Of a stretch of DNA of 64,000 bases, positions 27,444-37,848 are shown piece by piece. Numbering within the stretch: position 1 is the stretch's first letter; each line of letters starts with the position of its first letter. The position numbers were made by a program, and so were the translations under genes. The DNA comes from a virus (Duplodnaviria; Caudoviricetes). A model generated the notes under the pieces. That model searched no databases. It saw only the letters and a list, made by a program, of their open reading frames with translations, and was not told where the DNA came from. The stretch lies in the IMG/VR virus record IMGVR_UViG_3300023174_000047, positions 32,001 to 96,000 of that record; one strand, 5' to 3'.

Positions 27444-28278
27444 TTGTCAAAAAGTGTTGATTTGTAATTGACATTGCAATATCACGAGGTGACCATTCTT
27501 GTCTATTTTTGTGATAATTAAACCAATACATAGGCGAAATGATCGTAGGATTGTTAATATTTAACCAAGCACCCCACCACGAAAAACTTGAAGCTGCAGT
27601 TATACAATGATTAGCATTTTTCATAATGCTCAAATCATATAGCTTTTCCTCTACATTGAAAGGAGAGCGGTGTATATCAAATCCTTCTCTTATCAGCAAA
27701 TCCATTTTATCACTCTTTTTATTATCTGACACCAACACAATACACACATCGTCCTTGGTAATGTTATTAAGATCTAAAATTTTATTAACAGCTTTTAAGA
27801 AGTATTCCTGCTTAACAATTGGAAAGCCATCTCCACAATTATAATCACCTTCGCGACTATGTGCGCTTATAATAACTGCCTTGTTAAGTGTCTTAAAGAA
27901 CTCAAGAACTTTTTCATCAATTGCTCTATCTTTGAATGTAAAATGCTTTATAATGTCATCACGATATTTGATAAAATACTTATCTGTCTGAAAGTATCCT
28001 TCGATAACTGTATCTGGTTGCACATTAAAAATGTCCGGGTTGAAGGCTTGCTCTGCACAGCTAGAATCTCTAAAGCAGTGCTGCTTTGTGCATATGCTCT
28101 CGGTTCGAGGTGGTAAATTAAAAAATTCAAGACCATTGCCGCTTGGTGTGTGATCATTACTTGCTCCATGCCAATCGCTATTATATAGAGGAATATTTGT
28201 TTCCCTGCTTACAGCATATGCAACAGCCCATTGAAACATATTATTCCCTAAATTTGACATCCAGTTAATACTTATCAT
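27436..28278 (-). CDS. Alpha-1,2-fucosyltransferase-like (GT11)
   Basis: NLGNNMFQ, EGYFQ, HSREGDY and SSFSWWGAWL. Start 28278 after TATAAATA. Confidence 0.88.
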   Translation of the reverse strand: MISINWMSNLGNNMFQWAVAYAVSRETNIPLYNSDWHGASNDHTPSGNGLEFFNLPPRTESICTKQHCFRDSSCAEQAFNPDIFNVQPDTVIEGYFQTDKYFIKYRDDIIKHFTFKDRAIDEKVLEFFKTLNKAVIISAHSREGDYNCGDGFPIVKQEYFLKAVNKILDLNNITKDDVCIVLVSDNKKSDKMDLLIREGFDIHRSPFNVEEKLYDLSIMKNANHCITAASSFSWWGAWLNINNPTIISPMYWFNYHKNRQEWSPRDIAMSITNQHFLTNE

Positions 28279-28306
28279 AAATTTGTATTTATAAATACAT
28301 GTGATA

Positions 28307-29536
28307 TTACGCAACCTGTAAAGTAGGCATCGGTATCACAAATTTACCGCAAAATTGTGTATTTTTACTCATTATACTATCTGCCATATTCCACACTGAA
28401 ACAATGCAATAGTCAGTTGGATTATTTATAAAATAATCCCTACTTACAATTTTTATATTGCTACCGGGTGAGTAGCGCTCTTGCTTGAGCGGAGAATCAT
28501 CAACTACATATTTAATATTAGTATTATTTAAATTGAAAAATTTACTAAACAATGCAAATTTCGCAGGGCACCCATAGCAGCAAATAGTTTTATTTTGCGC
28601 TGCAGCATTATTAAGAAAATTATGCATCTGCATCTGCAAATCTTTTAATTTACTGACAAAATTTTCATATGTCGTTTTATTATATAGCTCAAAATTTTCC
28701 TCTGCTAAAATAGTCTGATTGACTGTTGGTGTTATAGAAAACTTTCCAGTTTGTTTTTTCTGCGCAAAAATTCTAAAAGACCCACCTTGTGTTGAAACAA
28801 GCTTAATATGAAATATTTCCAAACCATATTTATCAAGATATCTTACTAGCGGTTTGATTCCATAGTACTGCAGATGCTCATGATATATTTGATCAAAATA
28901 AAGACCTTGGATAGTATTAAGCAGATACGCATTCTCAAAGACTATTACACCTTGTGCATCTAGACAATTCACAATACCATTCATGATGCTATCAAGCTCT
29001 GCAACATGAGCTAATACATTGTTTGCGCAGACTATATTTACACTACCACACTCTTTTACTATCTGCTTTGCAATATCACTATTAAAAAAATTGTTATAAA
29101 GTGTTGCGTTTGTTTTTTCTTTAGCTCTTTTTATAATATTTTCTGCTGGATCAACGCCAATCAGTTTAGTACATCCTAATTGTTCAAAAGCAGTGAGTAG
29201 AATACCATCATTACACCCTACTTCAAGAATATTTTTGTGTGCTACATCTTTAATCACTTCATCTATACAATCTGCATATTCTTTAAAATGTGTGAGCAAT
29301 GATGGTGAATCTGAACTTGAATACAAATAGTTCTTAAATAAATGCGACGGATCAACAGTTTCACGAAGTTGCACATGCCCGCAATCCAAGCACCTGACTA
29401 CAGAAAGTGGATATTTCTCTTCATTTACATCTAAGCTGAGTGGATATGAATTTGCTAAGGCGCAATCACCGAACGCAATTATCTCATCTAAAAGCTGGCT
29501 TTTGCAAAGTCTACACTCTTTAATTAAATTAACCAT
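28307..29536 (-). CDS. NDP-hexose C-methyltransferase
   Basis: N-terminal CRLC...CLDCGHVQL Zn site, LEVGCNDG, QIYHEHLQYY, STQGGSFR, YGCPAK and DDSPLKQ. Confidence 0.9.
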   Translation of the reverse strand: MVNLIKECRLCKSQLLDEIIAFGDCALANSYPLSLDVNEEKYPLSVVRCLDCGHVQLRETVDPSHLFKNYLYSSSDSPSLLTHFKEYADCIDEVIKDVAHKNILEVGCNDGILLTAFEQLGCTKLIGVDPAENIIKRAKEKTNATLYNNFFNSDIAKQIVKECGSVNIVCANNVLAHVAELDSIMNGIVNCLDAQGVIVFENAYLLNTIQGLYFDQIYHEHLQYYGIKPLVRYLDKYGLEIFHIKLVSTQGGSFRIFAQKKQTGKFSITPTVNQTILAEENFELYNKTTYENFVSKLKDLQMQMHNFLNNAAAQNKTICCYGCPAKFALFSKFFNLNNTNIKYVVDDSPLKQERYSPGSNIKIVSRDYFINNPTDYCIVSVWNMADSIMSKNTQFCGKFVIPMPTLQVA

Positions 29537-30449
29537 ATTGTTTTTTTATGTTTCTATTTGTAAACATGTATTCGCCTTGCACATTTTTCAAGCTATTTAA
29601 TATGCTATTACATGTGCCTGTAAATTTAAAATTAAAAGCTTTTACAAACTTTTCGTTAGAGGCTGAAAAACTGTATGTTGGTGCTCCGTTGCTATCAATG
29701 ATGAGTTTACACTGCATTATCTCTGCAGCATTAGTTGCAATGCATTCTATTGTCTCATTAAAAGACACAAGATTATAAATTCCACGCTTTTCAAAACTAC
29801 CTTGCTCAATGATTGCTTGAATAGCTCCTGAAAGATCAGCAATGTCTAAAATAGGACGGTAATTTGCTTTATTAAAGCATTTCATCTCACCTGTTTGAAT
29901 GGCAGATTTAAACATTGCATTTAGCATTATATCATCCCTTAAATTGGGTGACCACCCATTAACAGTTCCAAATCTCAAGCCATAAAATTCAACATTTTTT
30001 GATATCTTTGCATAATAGTCAATTTCCTGTTTAGAGAGATCATAAAAATTGTGAGGTGAAAAATATTCATCCAATTCTTGAGAAATTTTATTATGACAAC
30101 TTCCATAAACACTAGAGCTGCCAGCATACACAAATTTAATTGATTTCTTGTTGCTAACATTACTTATCTTATGCAGCAATTCGCAAAAATTAACTACATT
30201 ATTTTTTAGCGTGGGTAACATATTATCAATACACATGCCAACACTAGAATGACCAGCTAGTAAAATTATTACATCATATTGTTCAATATCGTTTTCTGAT
30301 AAATCGTTAAAATCTATAACGATATTTTGTTTATTAATTTTATTACCAAACCACTCAAGATCTATTGAATCAACTAAATGTCTTTCTTTTAAATCAAAAA
30401 AGATTCTACTGCCAATATACCCTGTACCACCAATCAAGAGAATTTTCAT
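29529..30449 (-). CDS. NAD-dependent epimerase/dehydratase (SDR)
   Basis: GGTGYIG, YAGSSSVYG, YDLSK and LRFGTVNGWSP. Confidence 0.9.
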   Translation of the reverse strand: MKILLIGGTGYIGSRIFFDLKERHLVDSIDLEWFGNKINKQNIVIDFNDLSENDIEQYDVIILLAGHSSVGMCIDNMLPTLKNNVVNFCELLHKISNVSNKKSIKFVYAGSSSVYGSCHNKISQELDEYFSPHNFYDLSKQEIDYYAKISKNVEFYGLRFGTVNGWSPNLRDDIMLNAMFKSAIQTGEMKCFNKANYRPILDIADLSGAIQAIIEQGSFEKRGIYNLVSFNETIECIATNAAEIMQCKLIIDSNGAPTYSFSASNEKFVKAFNFKFTGTCNSILNSLKNVQGEYMFTNRNIKKQYG

Positions 30450-31228
30450 AACTTCAAATAATCACGATATTTATCAACATTGTTTTGAACTACTAGCGGT
30501 AAATTTTCAAGAGGATCAACCCCAAAAAATTTTAGCTGGCACCCTCTTTCGATTGGATCAAGCATATTTTCAAATCTATGTTTTATATCATCCTTTGTCA
30601 TATGAACCCATTCTGTATGTGCAAAACTCTGCAATTTGGTATATATGCTCTCTACACCACCAGAATAGGAAAAATGCCATCCACCGTTTTCAATATATAC
30701 TGTATTATTTCTTGTTCTTATAGTTGCATTGTATATACCTTCAGCACCGTTAATGTATTTCCAAGGTGATATACACGTACCAGGCCAGTCTGTATTGTTT
30801 TCGCCAAACTTAGTATTAAGAAAGAGATAATACATTTGCTGCATTAAATGTTTTGTGTCTGTTATTTCAACTCGTGCATTTTCAATGCTTTGTTTGCGGG
30901 GAATTTCATCAACTGCACTTACCATTATAATATCATCATCACTTGCTCCTGTTAGTCCCAACTTTATGCAATTGAAAGAATGCTCCTCATTGGCCCATGA
31001 ATCGCTTACAAATTCAGGAGAATCTACAACAATGTGTATAATTTTGTGCAAAAACGGTTCAAACAAATGTTTATTTTCATTAAAAAATAATGGTTTATCT
31101 TTATTTTGCCATGTCTTTTGCCCTTCAACCAAAACAAAATGATCTACTATATCATTAAGTTCATGCAATCTTATTTCAAGAAGGTGTAATTCATTAAAGA
31201 ATGTGAAGCAATCGTATATCTTTTTCAT
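30446..31228 (-). CDS. GT17-like N-acetylglucosaminyltransferase
   Basis: YDCFTFFNELHLLEIRL, DEIP, GGWHFSY and KLQSFAH. Confidence 0.85.
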   Translation of the reverse strand: MKKIYDCFTFFNELHLLEIRLHELNDIVDHFVLVEGQKTWQNKDKPLFFNENKHLFEPFLHKIIHIVVDSPEFVSDSWANEEHSFNCIKLGLTGASDDDIIMVSAVDEIPRKQSIENARVEITDTKHLMQQMYYLFLNTKFGENNTDWPGTCISPWKYINGAEGIYNATIRTRNNTVYIENGGWHFSYSGGVESIYTKLQSFAHTEWVHMTKDDIKHRFENMLDPIERGCQLKFFGVDPLENLPLVVQNNVDKYRDYLKL

Positions 31229-31836
31229 TTTTTAAGTATGCATGTTATACTTGTTGCATTTGTATAAAGAAGATTTATAAATTGACATTCAAAACTTGCA
31301 TCACTATGCATAATTTTGTTAATATTTTCTAGTGTTGAGCTATTTGCATTTTTATCGCAGTGAATATCTTCAATGATATAATATGCACCTTTGTGAAGCT
31401 TAGGCCAAATATGCTCAAAGCTTGCGCGCTGGTGTTCATTTGCATGGCTACCATCATCAATCACTATGTTAAAGTTATCAAATGTTTCAAAAATATTATC
31501 TAAGACTATTACATCAGTTTGACTACCTTGTATTAAATGAATTGTATCTGGTTGAGGCCAACCACCACCTTCAACTCCAATGTGTCTAGTTTTATCAACA
31601 TGCTCCAAGGTAATATCTAAACCTACAATGGTTGCATGCTTAAAATACTCTTGCCACATGCATAGTGATGCTCCTTTTGCAATACCAATTTCAAGTAATT
31701 TTATAGGCGCATCTTTTAAGTATGAAAAGAACAAATCATATACAGGAGCATACATGTGCCCTGCTCCTGGTATCTTATCAAAGAAATTTGTACCCTTGTC
31801 GGTGAGGTATTTGTCAGCTAATTCTAGTAGGCTCAT
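31225..31836 (-). CDS. Class I SAM methyltransferase (sugar O-methyltransferase-like)
   Basis: TDKG..HMY, LLEIGIAKGASL, GLDI, IDDGSH and YIIEDI. Confidence 0.85.
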   Translation of the reverse strand: MSLLELADKYLTDKGTNFFDKIPGAGHMYAPVYDLFFSYLKDAPIKLLEIGIAKGASLCMWQEYFKHATIVGLDITLEHVDKTRHIGVEGGGWPQPDTIHLIQGSQTDVIVLDNIFETFDNFNIVIDDGSHANEHQRASFEHIWPKLHKGAYYIIEDIHCDKNANSSTLENINKIMHSDASFECQFINLLYTNATSITCILKK

Positions 31837-32434
31837 AAATTATTATAATGTTGCGACCCAACCCTGTATCTTCAAATACATAGTTTGGATTTATTGCTTT
31901 GATTGCATTTTCAAATTCTCTATGAGTCGGCCAACCAAGCCCACCAATATCAACACAATCATCAACAATGATTACATGGTCATTTCTTTTTGAGCATTCT
32001 CGAATTGCGTTAAATTCACTAATTACGGGCGAGTAATTAGGTGTATGTGCATCAAGTAGCATAACAAACTGTTCATCACTATTTTTTGTTAAAAAATCTC
32101 TGAGAAACATTGTTGAACTAGCATTATAAAAATCAATGTTGCTGAATTGCTGTTTTATGCTCTTATATTTTTCAAGTAGATTAATAGAGGTGTAGCTGTT
32201 GCCTGTAATGTATTGCTCAACTGTTGATACTCTATTAAAATGTTCAGCAAAGATTATTGCTGTATCACCTTCAAAAGTACCAAGCTCAATTGCACTTGCA
32301 ATATTTTCTAATGCAATTTTATTTCTATAATTGTATAGAACCTGCGTAAACACATTAGGTACATCTGTTACACCTGGCTTGCCAGCTACATTTGACCATC
32401 TTACATCATTTTGTTCGTATTGTTTGAATTTCAT
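31814..32434 (-). CDS. Class I SAM methyltransferase-like protein
   Basis: IELGTFEGDT, LLDAH and IIVDD. Confidence 0.75.
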   Translation of the reverse strand: MKFKQYEQNDVRWSNVAGKPGVTDVPNVFTQVLYNYRNKIALENIASAIELGTFEGDTAIIFAEHFNRVSTVEQYITGNSYTSINLLEKYKSIKQQFSNIDFYNASSTMFLRDFLTKNSDEQFVMLLDAHTPNYSPVISEFNAIRECSKRNDHVIIVDDCVDIGGLGWPTHREFENAIKAINPNYVFEDTGLGRNIIIIYEPTRIS

Positions 32435-33414
32435 TTCCAGAAAGAGTAGATATTTTTATCAACTTCGTAATTCATATGCTTTACCTGCCTGTCAGGTTGT
32501 GTCATGGCCCACTCAAACACATCTTGAATGAGCTGTTTTAAATCTGTAGTATCTTCAAAATTAAGCAGCTGTTTTGCTTTTTTATGATCACAATATGCAT
32601 TTTTCACTTCATGACGTCCTTCAACGTGCTTGATTTCAACTTTGATGTTATATTTTGCTGCAACTGCTTGCACAATTTTAGCTGCCTCATTCAATGTATA
32701 CTCTCTATCTGCACCAATGTTAAAAGTTTCATTATCAAAACCATTACAAAGTTTTTCAAGTGGTTTGAGATAGCAGGCAATGTCAGAAAATGCTCTTTTT
32801 TGTTCACCATCACCATATACCAAAATTGGCTCACCTTTCAATGCGCGTCTGATCCAAATGCCAATTACGTTTCTGTATTTGTCCCAAATGTTTTGATTCC
32901 TACCCAGCACGTTGTGTGGTCTGACAATATTATATCTTAAACCAAATTGATTGTTGGCTTGCTTGATGTCTTGTTCTACTGTATATTTTGCGATGCCGTA
33001 TGGATCCACAGGAGTAGGTGTCATGGACTCAATGAATGGAGGATACTGCTCACCATAAACAGCCATTGATGAAGTAAAAATGAGTTTTGCATCTGTTTTG
33101 ATGCATTCATTGATTATATTAATTGATGCAATAACATTATTTTCATAATTAAATTTGCGTATAAACGGAGAAAGACCTTCTGCAGCATACGCTGCAAAGT
33201 GATACACTACTGTTGGTCTATATGCTGCAAAAATATCTGCAACAACTTTAGCGTCTGTAAGTTCAATTTTATCCCAAGGCACACCTAATGGAATAAAATC
33301 CTCATAGCCACCAAAAAAGTTGTCAATGCCTACAATATCATAGCCTAACTTTTGCAGATAACCTGCAAAGTTTGATCCAATTAAACCACCTACACCCGTA
33401 ATTAAAATTCTCAT
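32431..33414 (-). CDS. NAD-dependent epimerase/dehydratase (SDR)
   Basis: GVGGLIG, HFAAYAAE, FTSSMAVYG, YGIAK and RPHNV. Confidence 0.92.
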   Translation of the reverse strand: MRILITGVGGLIGSNFAGYLQKLGYDIVGIDNFFGGYEDFIPLGVPWDKIELTDAKVVADIFAAYRPTVVYHFAAYAAEGLSPFIRKFNYENNVIASINIINECIKTDAKLIFTSSMAVYGEQYPPFIESMTPTPVDPYGIAKYTVEQDIKQANNQFGLRYNIVRPHNVLGRNQNIWDKYRNVIGIWIRRALKGEPILVYGDGEQKRAFSDIACYLKPLEKLCNGFDNETFNIGADREYTLNEAAKIVQAVAAKYNIKVEIKHVEGRHEVKNAYCDHKKAKQLLNFEDTTDLKQLIQDVFEWAMTQPDRQVKHMNYEVDKNIYSFWK

Positions 33415-34112
33415 AATGAATTGTTAAAAGTTTGCCAGTCAGTAAATGGTGAAAGTTGATAAGCGTTCATGTGCGTAGTACATCCTGGCATGGGTGTATA
33501 TAATCTTATTTCTGAATTTATCAAGTGCCGAAAAAACGCTCTATCTTCAAGCAAATATTGTTTAGCAATCTTTACCAACCTTTCACCCCACTCCCCACCT
33601 TTTGTTGCCCATGTGCATGTTGTACTCTCTGCAGTTCTCCAATGACATGTAGATCCTAATGCAATCGACTCTCGCTGAAATGATGCATCATCTGTGCGCA
33701 TATATCTATCTGTATGATCATAACCAGTAACAAGATTAAAGCGCTCAATACCTTCTTGAATCATGCGCAAGCTATGTGGCATATGCAAATAATCATCTTC
33801 TACAAAGTAAACATCTTTACCTTTGAATTCATTTAGATAGATATCATAAACTTGCAATAGACTAGCTGCATTGCCATTTGCATTTATCTGTCTTACATTT
33901 GCATGCTTAAATGATTCAATATATTCTGAAAGTTTTCCACGCGGACCATCTAAAACTACATGTAATTCATATTGACCACCAAGTCTATAAGATGCATGAA
34001 AAGCATCCATTATGCTCTTGAAGCATTTCTGTTTGCTAAACCAAGGGGGTCTGTTGGATTTGAATGTTCCTCCCTCCAACTCATAGTTTGATGCTCTATA
34101 GAGAATAATCAT
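33411..34112 (-). CDS. GT-A (GT2-like) glycosyltransferase
   Basis: VYFVEDDYLH DxD-type motif, YDHTDRY and WRTAESTTCT. Confidence 0.7.
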   Translation of the reverse strand: MIILYRASNYELEGGTFKSNRPPWFSKQKCFKSIMDAFHASYRLGGQYELHVVLDGPRGKLSEYIESFKHANVRQINANGNAASLLQVYDIYLNEFKGKDVYFVEDDYLHMPHSLRMIQEGIERFNLVTGYDHTDRYMRTDDASFQRESIALGSTCHWRTAESTTCTWATKGGEWGERLVKIAKQYLLEDRAFFRHLINSEIRLYTPMPGCTTHMNAYQLSPFTDWQTFNNSL

Positions 34113-34749
34113 GTATTAATCCTTTGTTGCCGTGAAAACCAAAAGTTGCTGATTTATCTATTAATGGATCTTGAGAGAATATATCCGCAATGTATTCGGG
34201 TGCATACTTTATACCAAATGATTCAAAATACTCTCTGTTGTTGTTGCATACATATGCATCTTCAGGCCCTGTAAATTGTTGCGGTGCAGAAGCACATAAA
34301 TCTAACAATTTTTTGCTTCTCATGCTAAATCCACCATTACCTACAGGATTAATTTTTTCTATGCCTTGCTGCTTAATGTGTGAATATATCCACTGACAAT
34401 GATGAACTAACCTACCTCTGTCCCACTTTGCACCAATATAATCATAATTAAAAAATTCATCATTCCATTTGTTTGCATTAATTACAAAGCCGTCTGTCTG
34501 CACAATTAAACAAAAATCTGTATCAACTACATCTGCAAGACTTCTCACAACAAACTGGTTATATTCTTCATAATTAAACTGTGGGATTTGAAATAGTTGA
34601 TGAATACATGGTCTTGATGGTTTTGATGCAGTAAAAATTTTGCTCGAACCGAACTTAATATTTTGGCAGCAAATATCAAGAGTTTTTACTGCATCATCTG
34701 GCTTAGCCGGCTCAATAATTATTAAAGTGACATTGTTTAAATCAAGCAT
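34096..34749 (-). CDS. DUF5672-like GT-A fold protein
   Basis: LIVQTDGFV, YDYIGAKW, GNGGFSMRSKK, ED and FGFHG. Confidence 0.8.
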   Translation of the reverse strand: MLDLNNVTLIIIEPAKPDDAVKTLDICCQNIKFGSSKIFTASKPSRPCIHQLFQIPQFNYEEYNQFVVRSLADVVDTDFCLIVQTDGFVINANKWNDEFFNYDYIGAKWDRGRLVHHCQWIYSHIKQQGIEKINPVGNGGFSMRSKKLLDLCASAPQQFTGPEDAYVCNNNREYFESFGIKYAPEYIADIFSQDPLIDKSATFGFHGNKGLIHDYSL

Positions 34750-35410
34750 GATATGTCCAAGGTTTCTTAAAAAGATTTTTTATATGAAAAAAGTTTGCTG
34801 GTTTCCACTTAGAGTACATGTGTAAATCGTTAGTTGCATTGACTTTTTCAATGATGTAGTTGATTGATGTTTCAACAGTGTGAATTGTTTGAGCCCGTTC
34901 AATAACCTTTGCCCAGTCTAGCAATGTAAATCCAACAATGCTGGACATGCATATTTCTTGCAATCCATTTGCATTTGCTTGTTTTGCTGCTTCACAAATT
35001 TGTTCATGCGGAGGGGATGCAAAGTAGAAATTTTTCAAAACATAATTTGAATCATCAGTCAACTTTAAAACATCATAAAACAAAGCATCTTCTCTTCCAT
35101 CAACATTACGGTTAAACTCAAGGTGATCACACCAGTTATCCCAGCGAAGGTCAACCAATTTGTATTTAGCTTCCATTACAGACATACCCGGAAAATGTTG
35201 ATCAGCATTATGTAATGGTATTATTACATCTGCATTTACAGTTTCATTTGCATCACAAAACGTAATGTTGTTGATGTAATCTTTAACCCATGCAAATTGT
35301 TCAATTACTGGCCATATAACATCATAGCCAGCATTGCGGAGCTTGTTTGCAATTTTCTGGCAAAAGAAGATGTCTCCGATGCCTGCAGGCTGTTTGATAA
35401 GAGCAATCAT
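34742..35410 (-). CDS. Putative glycosyltransferase
   Basis: QPAGIGDIFF GT-B-like N-terminus and IHTVETS; lies inside the glycan cluster. Confidence 0.55.
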   Translation of the reverse strand: MIALIKQPAGIGDIFFCQKIANKLRNAGYDVIWPVIEQFAWVKDYINNITFCDANETVNADVIIPLHNADQHFPGMSVMEAKYKLVDLRWDNWCDHLEFNRNVDGREDALFYDVLKLTDDSNYVLKNFYFASPPHEQICEAAKQANANGLQEICMSSIVGFTLLDWAKVIERAQTIHTVETSINYIIEKVNATNDLHMYSKWKPANFFHIKNLFKKPWTYHA

Positions 35411-36231
35411 TAGTTGAAAAGAAACGGATAGTTCAGATACATCCAGTCTTCTGGAATGCGATATTCATCAACTTTATCAAAGTTTTCAATAACTGCAAAC
35501 TTTCGTGAGTTATAAATCTCATCACCGCTTTCACGAATCTCATTCATGATGTTTTCTAACTCATGCATGGTGTTGAAAAACAAGATGCCATCTTCATGAA
35601 AGTGGTCGCAGATGGATTTATCACCCCAAAAGATTGGAATGGTTCTTGTTGCAAAGCAGTCAACAATCTTTTCTGTCCAATATCCAGGTTGAATAGAATT
35701 CTCGATGGTAATAGAAAACTTATATGCATCAAGTGATTCACGCTTGCTTTCTACTGGCTTATATCCATATCCAAAAACATCAATGTCATTATATTTTGAT
35801 TGAATAATTTTGTGACGCAGCTGGTGACCTGTTGTAAAGTTCTTGCTGGATGCAATGATGGAGCAAAGCTTATTCTTTTCTGTTGTAGTTGGATTACCAT
35901 TGATCCAGCATCTGCCGTGTGGATAATACAAGAAGTTTTCACCACGATTTACCAAGTCTGTATCAAAAGTGAGCACATAATCGAACAATCGATTATTCTG
36001 CTCAATCCATTCATACACCTGTGGGTGAATAGCGCGTGGTTCAAGAATCCATGCAATTTTGCGTTTGACATTCTTAGCTTTGTAAACATCTGGCAAACAT
36101 AAATCGGTAATGAAGCAGCTCTTGCTTGCTAATGTATTACCAAATTCCCATTCAACATACTTGTTGATGCCTTTGTGGCATGAAGAAGGCTCACCGCCAA
36201 AGTTTTTGTCTCGAATATTTACCTTTACCAT
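35410..36231 (-). CDS. GT10-like alpha-1,3-fucosyltransferase
   Basis: YKFSITIENS, GYWTEKIVD and TIPIFWG. Confidence 0.85.
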   Translation of the reverse strand: MVKVNIRDKNFGGEPSSCHKGINKYVEWEFGNTLASKSCFITDLCLPDVYKAKNVKRKIAWILEPRAIHPQVYEWIEQNNRLFDYVLTFDTDLVNRGENFLYYPHGRCWINGNPTTTEKNKLCSIIASSKNFTTGHQLRHKIIQSKYNDIDVFGYGYKPVESKRESLDAYKFSITIENSIQPGYWTEKIVDCFATRTIPIFWGDKSICDHFHEDGILFFNTMHELENIMNEIRESGDEIYNSRKFAVIENFDKVDEYRIPEDWMYLNYPFLFN

Positions 36232-37028
36232 TGTTTGATGTATCGTTGGAGTTGTTCTTTGTTGAGGCTCTCTACAAACTGCACAATTGCTTCATTTTGT
36301 TTGTAGTGATTGTGTTGTGCTTTATTTACAGATGTATCACAATGTGGCAAATGATACAGGTAGTGATTTGCAATGTTGCTTTTGGTTACATTCAATCCAA
36401 GTCTGTGAGCACGGGAAATGATTTCATTATCCTCATATCCCCATCCAATAAAAAATGGATTAAAACCATTGATTTGGTTGAATGACTTCTTGGTCATAAT
36501 CAGACAGCCTCCAACTGCTTTGGTATTGCCAAGCAGAGCAAATTCATTCGCATTGTTGGTAATTAAATGAAGGTCCTTTATTTTAGAGTGCAAATCCTCA
36601 ACGTCTAGTGTATTGAGAAATTGATTCTCCCCCTGTTGTGTCATGTAGAAGGCACATCCATTGTATCCAATGAGACATTCAGGAGAACCGTTGCACTGCG
36701 CTTCATTGATACATTCTAGCAGTTTGCTACAGTCTATAATTACATCGACATCCAAGAAAATCAGAATATCTGTATTGGTGTACTCTGCACCATGATTGTA
36801 CCCAGTACACTTCTTGATTGTATCTTGGTTTATTATAAGCACATGCTCATCACCTGCATCAAGTGTAATATCCAGCAAATTTGATTGCGCATCATCTTCA
36901 ACAAAAACAAACTTGCAGCCAGGCAAATGCTTTTTGTAGTATTTGTAAATGGTTTTTACGTTTTTGAGACGTGCTTCATTATCAATTCTAATGTGACAGA
37001 TGAATGTAATGTCTTTGCTGGTGATCAT
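36225..37028 (-). CDS. GT2/GT7-like glycosyltransferase
   Basis: IFLDVD, GGCLIM, INGFNPFFIGWGYEDNE and HLPH. Confidence 0.85.
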   Translation of the reverse strand: MITSKDITFICHIRIDNEARLKNVKTIYKYYKKHLPGCKFVFVEDDAQSNLLDITLDAGDEHVLIINQDTIKKCTGYNHGAEYTNTDILIFLDVDVIIDCSKLLECINEAQCNGSPECLIGYNGCAFYMTQQGENQFLNTLDVEDLHSKIKDLHLITNNANEFALLGNTKAVGGCLIMTKKSFNQINGFNPFFIGWGYEDNEIISRAHRLGLNVTKSNIANHYLYHLPHCDTSVNKAQHNHYKQNEAIVQFVESLNKEQLQRYIKQW

Positions 37029-37819
37029 TGTTTAATGAGTTGTTTGAGTTTTGTCTTGACTTGCTCAAAAGAAGCATCTGCAATCTGCACCGGGCTTTTA
37101 CCCTCAAGCCTCATAAAGTGTTCAAAGCCTTTTCTAATGTTTTCTTGCCAATCTTTGCGTGGTCTAATGGTGCTATTATGCTCAGAGCACGCCTGCTCTT
37201 CAATGAAGTCAAGGCTATTTGCAATGTCTGGCCACCACCAGTATTCAGTGCAGAAGTTATTTTTGCACAGCAAATACGAATGATGCACATGCTCAAAAGC
37301 ATTATGAAATTGTGTATCAAATAAGCCAACTTTTTGTAGACTCTCTTTGGTATACATGCAAAATGCACCCACGCAGTGCTGATTGAGTGCTATCTTTAAT
37401 TCAGAAGGATATTCTAAAACCACACGCGGACAAGGCGGTCCGCCAGATATATTATTTTTATTTGCAGGACCGTGATATGCAAACATCATATGATGCAGAC
37501 CTGTTGCTTTACTGGCTTTGATGTATTCTTCAAAGATATCCTCTCTCTTGATGAGCATATCATCTTCAATGAGAAAAATGTAATCACATTCTCTATCGAT
37601 CAAATATTTTAATGCTGCATTTTTTGCAACACCCACACCCCCACCACCCGTATTAATTATACTCGCATGCATATTATGCGCATGTACAAAACTATCAACA
37701 GATTGCTCACCGTCATTTATAATGATGAGTTCATCAACTTTATGTGATGGAATGCTTTTGAAGCATTTTTCAAACATTATTTGCCTGTTGCATGTAATTA
37801 TTCCTGCGCCAATTTTCAT
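37025..37819 (-). CDS. GT2 glycosyltransferase
   Basis: GIITCNR, IINDG, AKNAAL, FLIEDD and GLFD..F..AFEH. Likely start MKIGAG. Confidence 0.85.
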   Translation of the reverse strand: MKIGAGIITCNRQIMFEKCFKSIPSHKVDELIIINDGEQSVDSFVHAHNMHASIINTGGGGVGVAKNAALKYLIDRECDYIFLIEDDMLIKREDIFEEYIKASKATGLHHMMFAYHGPANKNNISGGPPCPRVVLEYPSELKIALNQHCVGAFCMYTKESLQKVGLFDTQFHNAFEHVHHSYLLCKNNFCTEYWWWPDIANSLDFIEEQACSEHNSTIRPRKDWQENIRKGFEHFMRLEGKSPVQIADASFEQVKTKLKQLIKQ

Positions 37820-37848
37820 TATAGATAATATAGCATAAATACATACAA

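Noticed and set aside
25858-37819. Glycan cluster as host chromosomal DNA or an assembly chimera
   Set aside because: It is flanked seamlessly by phage genes, carries the phage late promoter internally and shows the same tight gene overlaps. Read coverage would confirm this.
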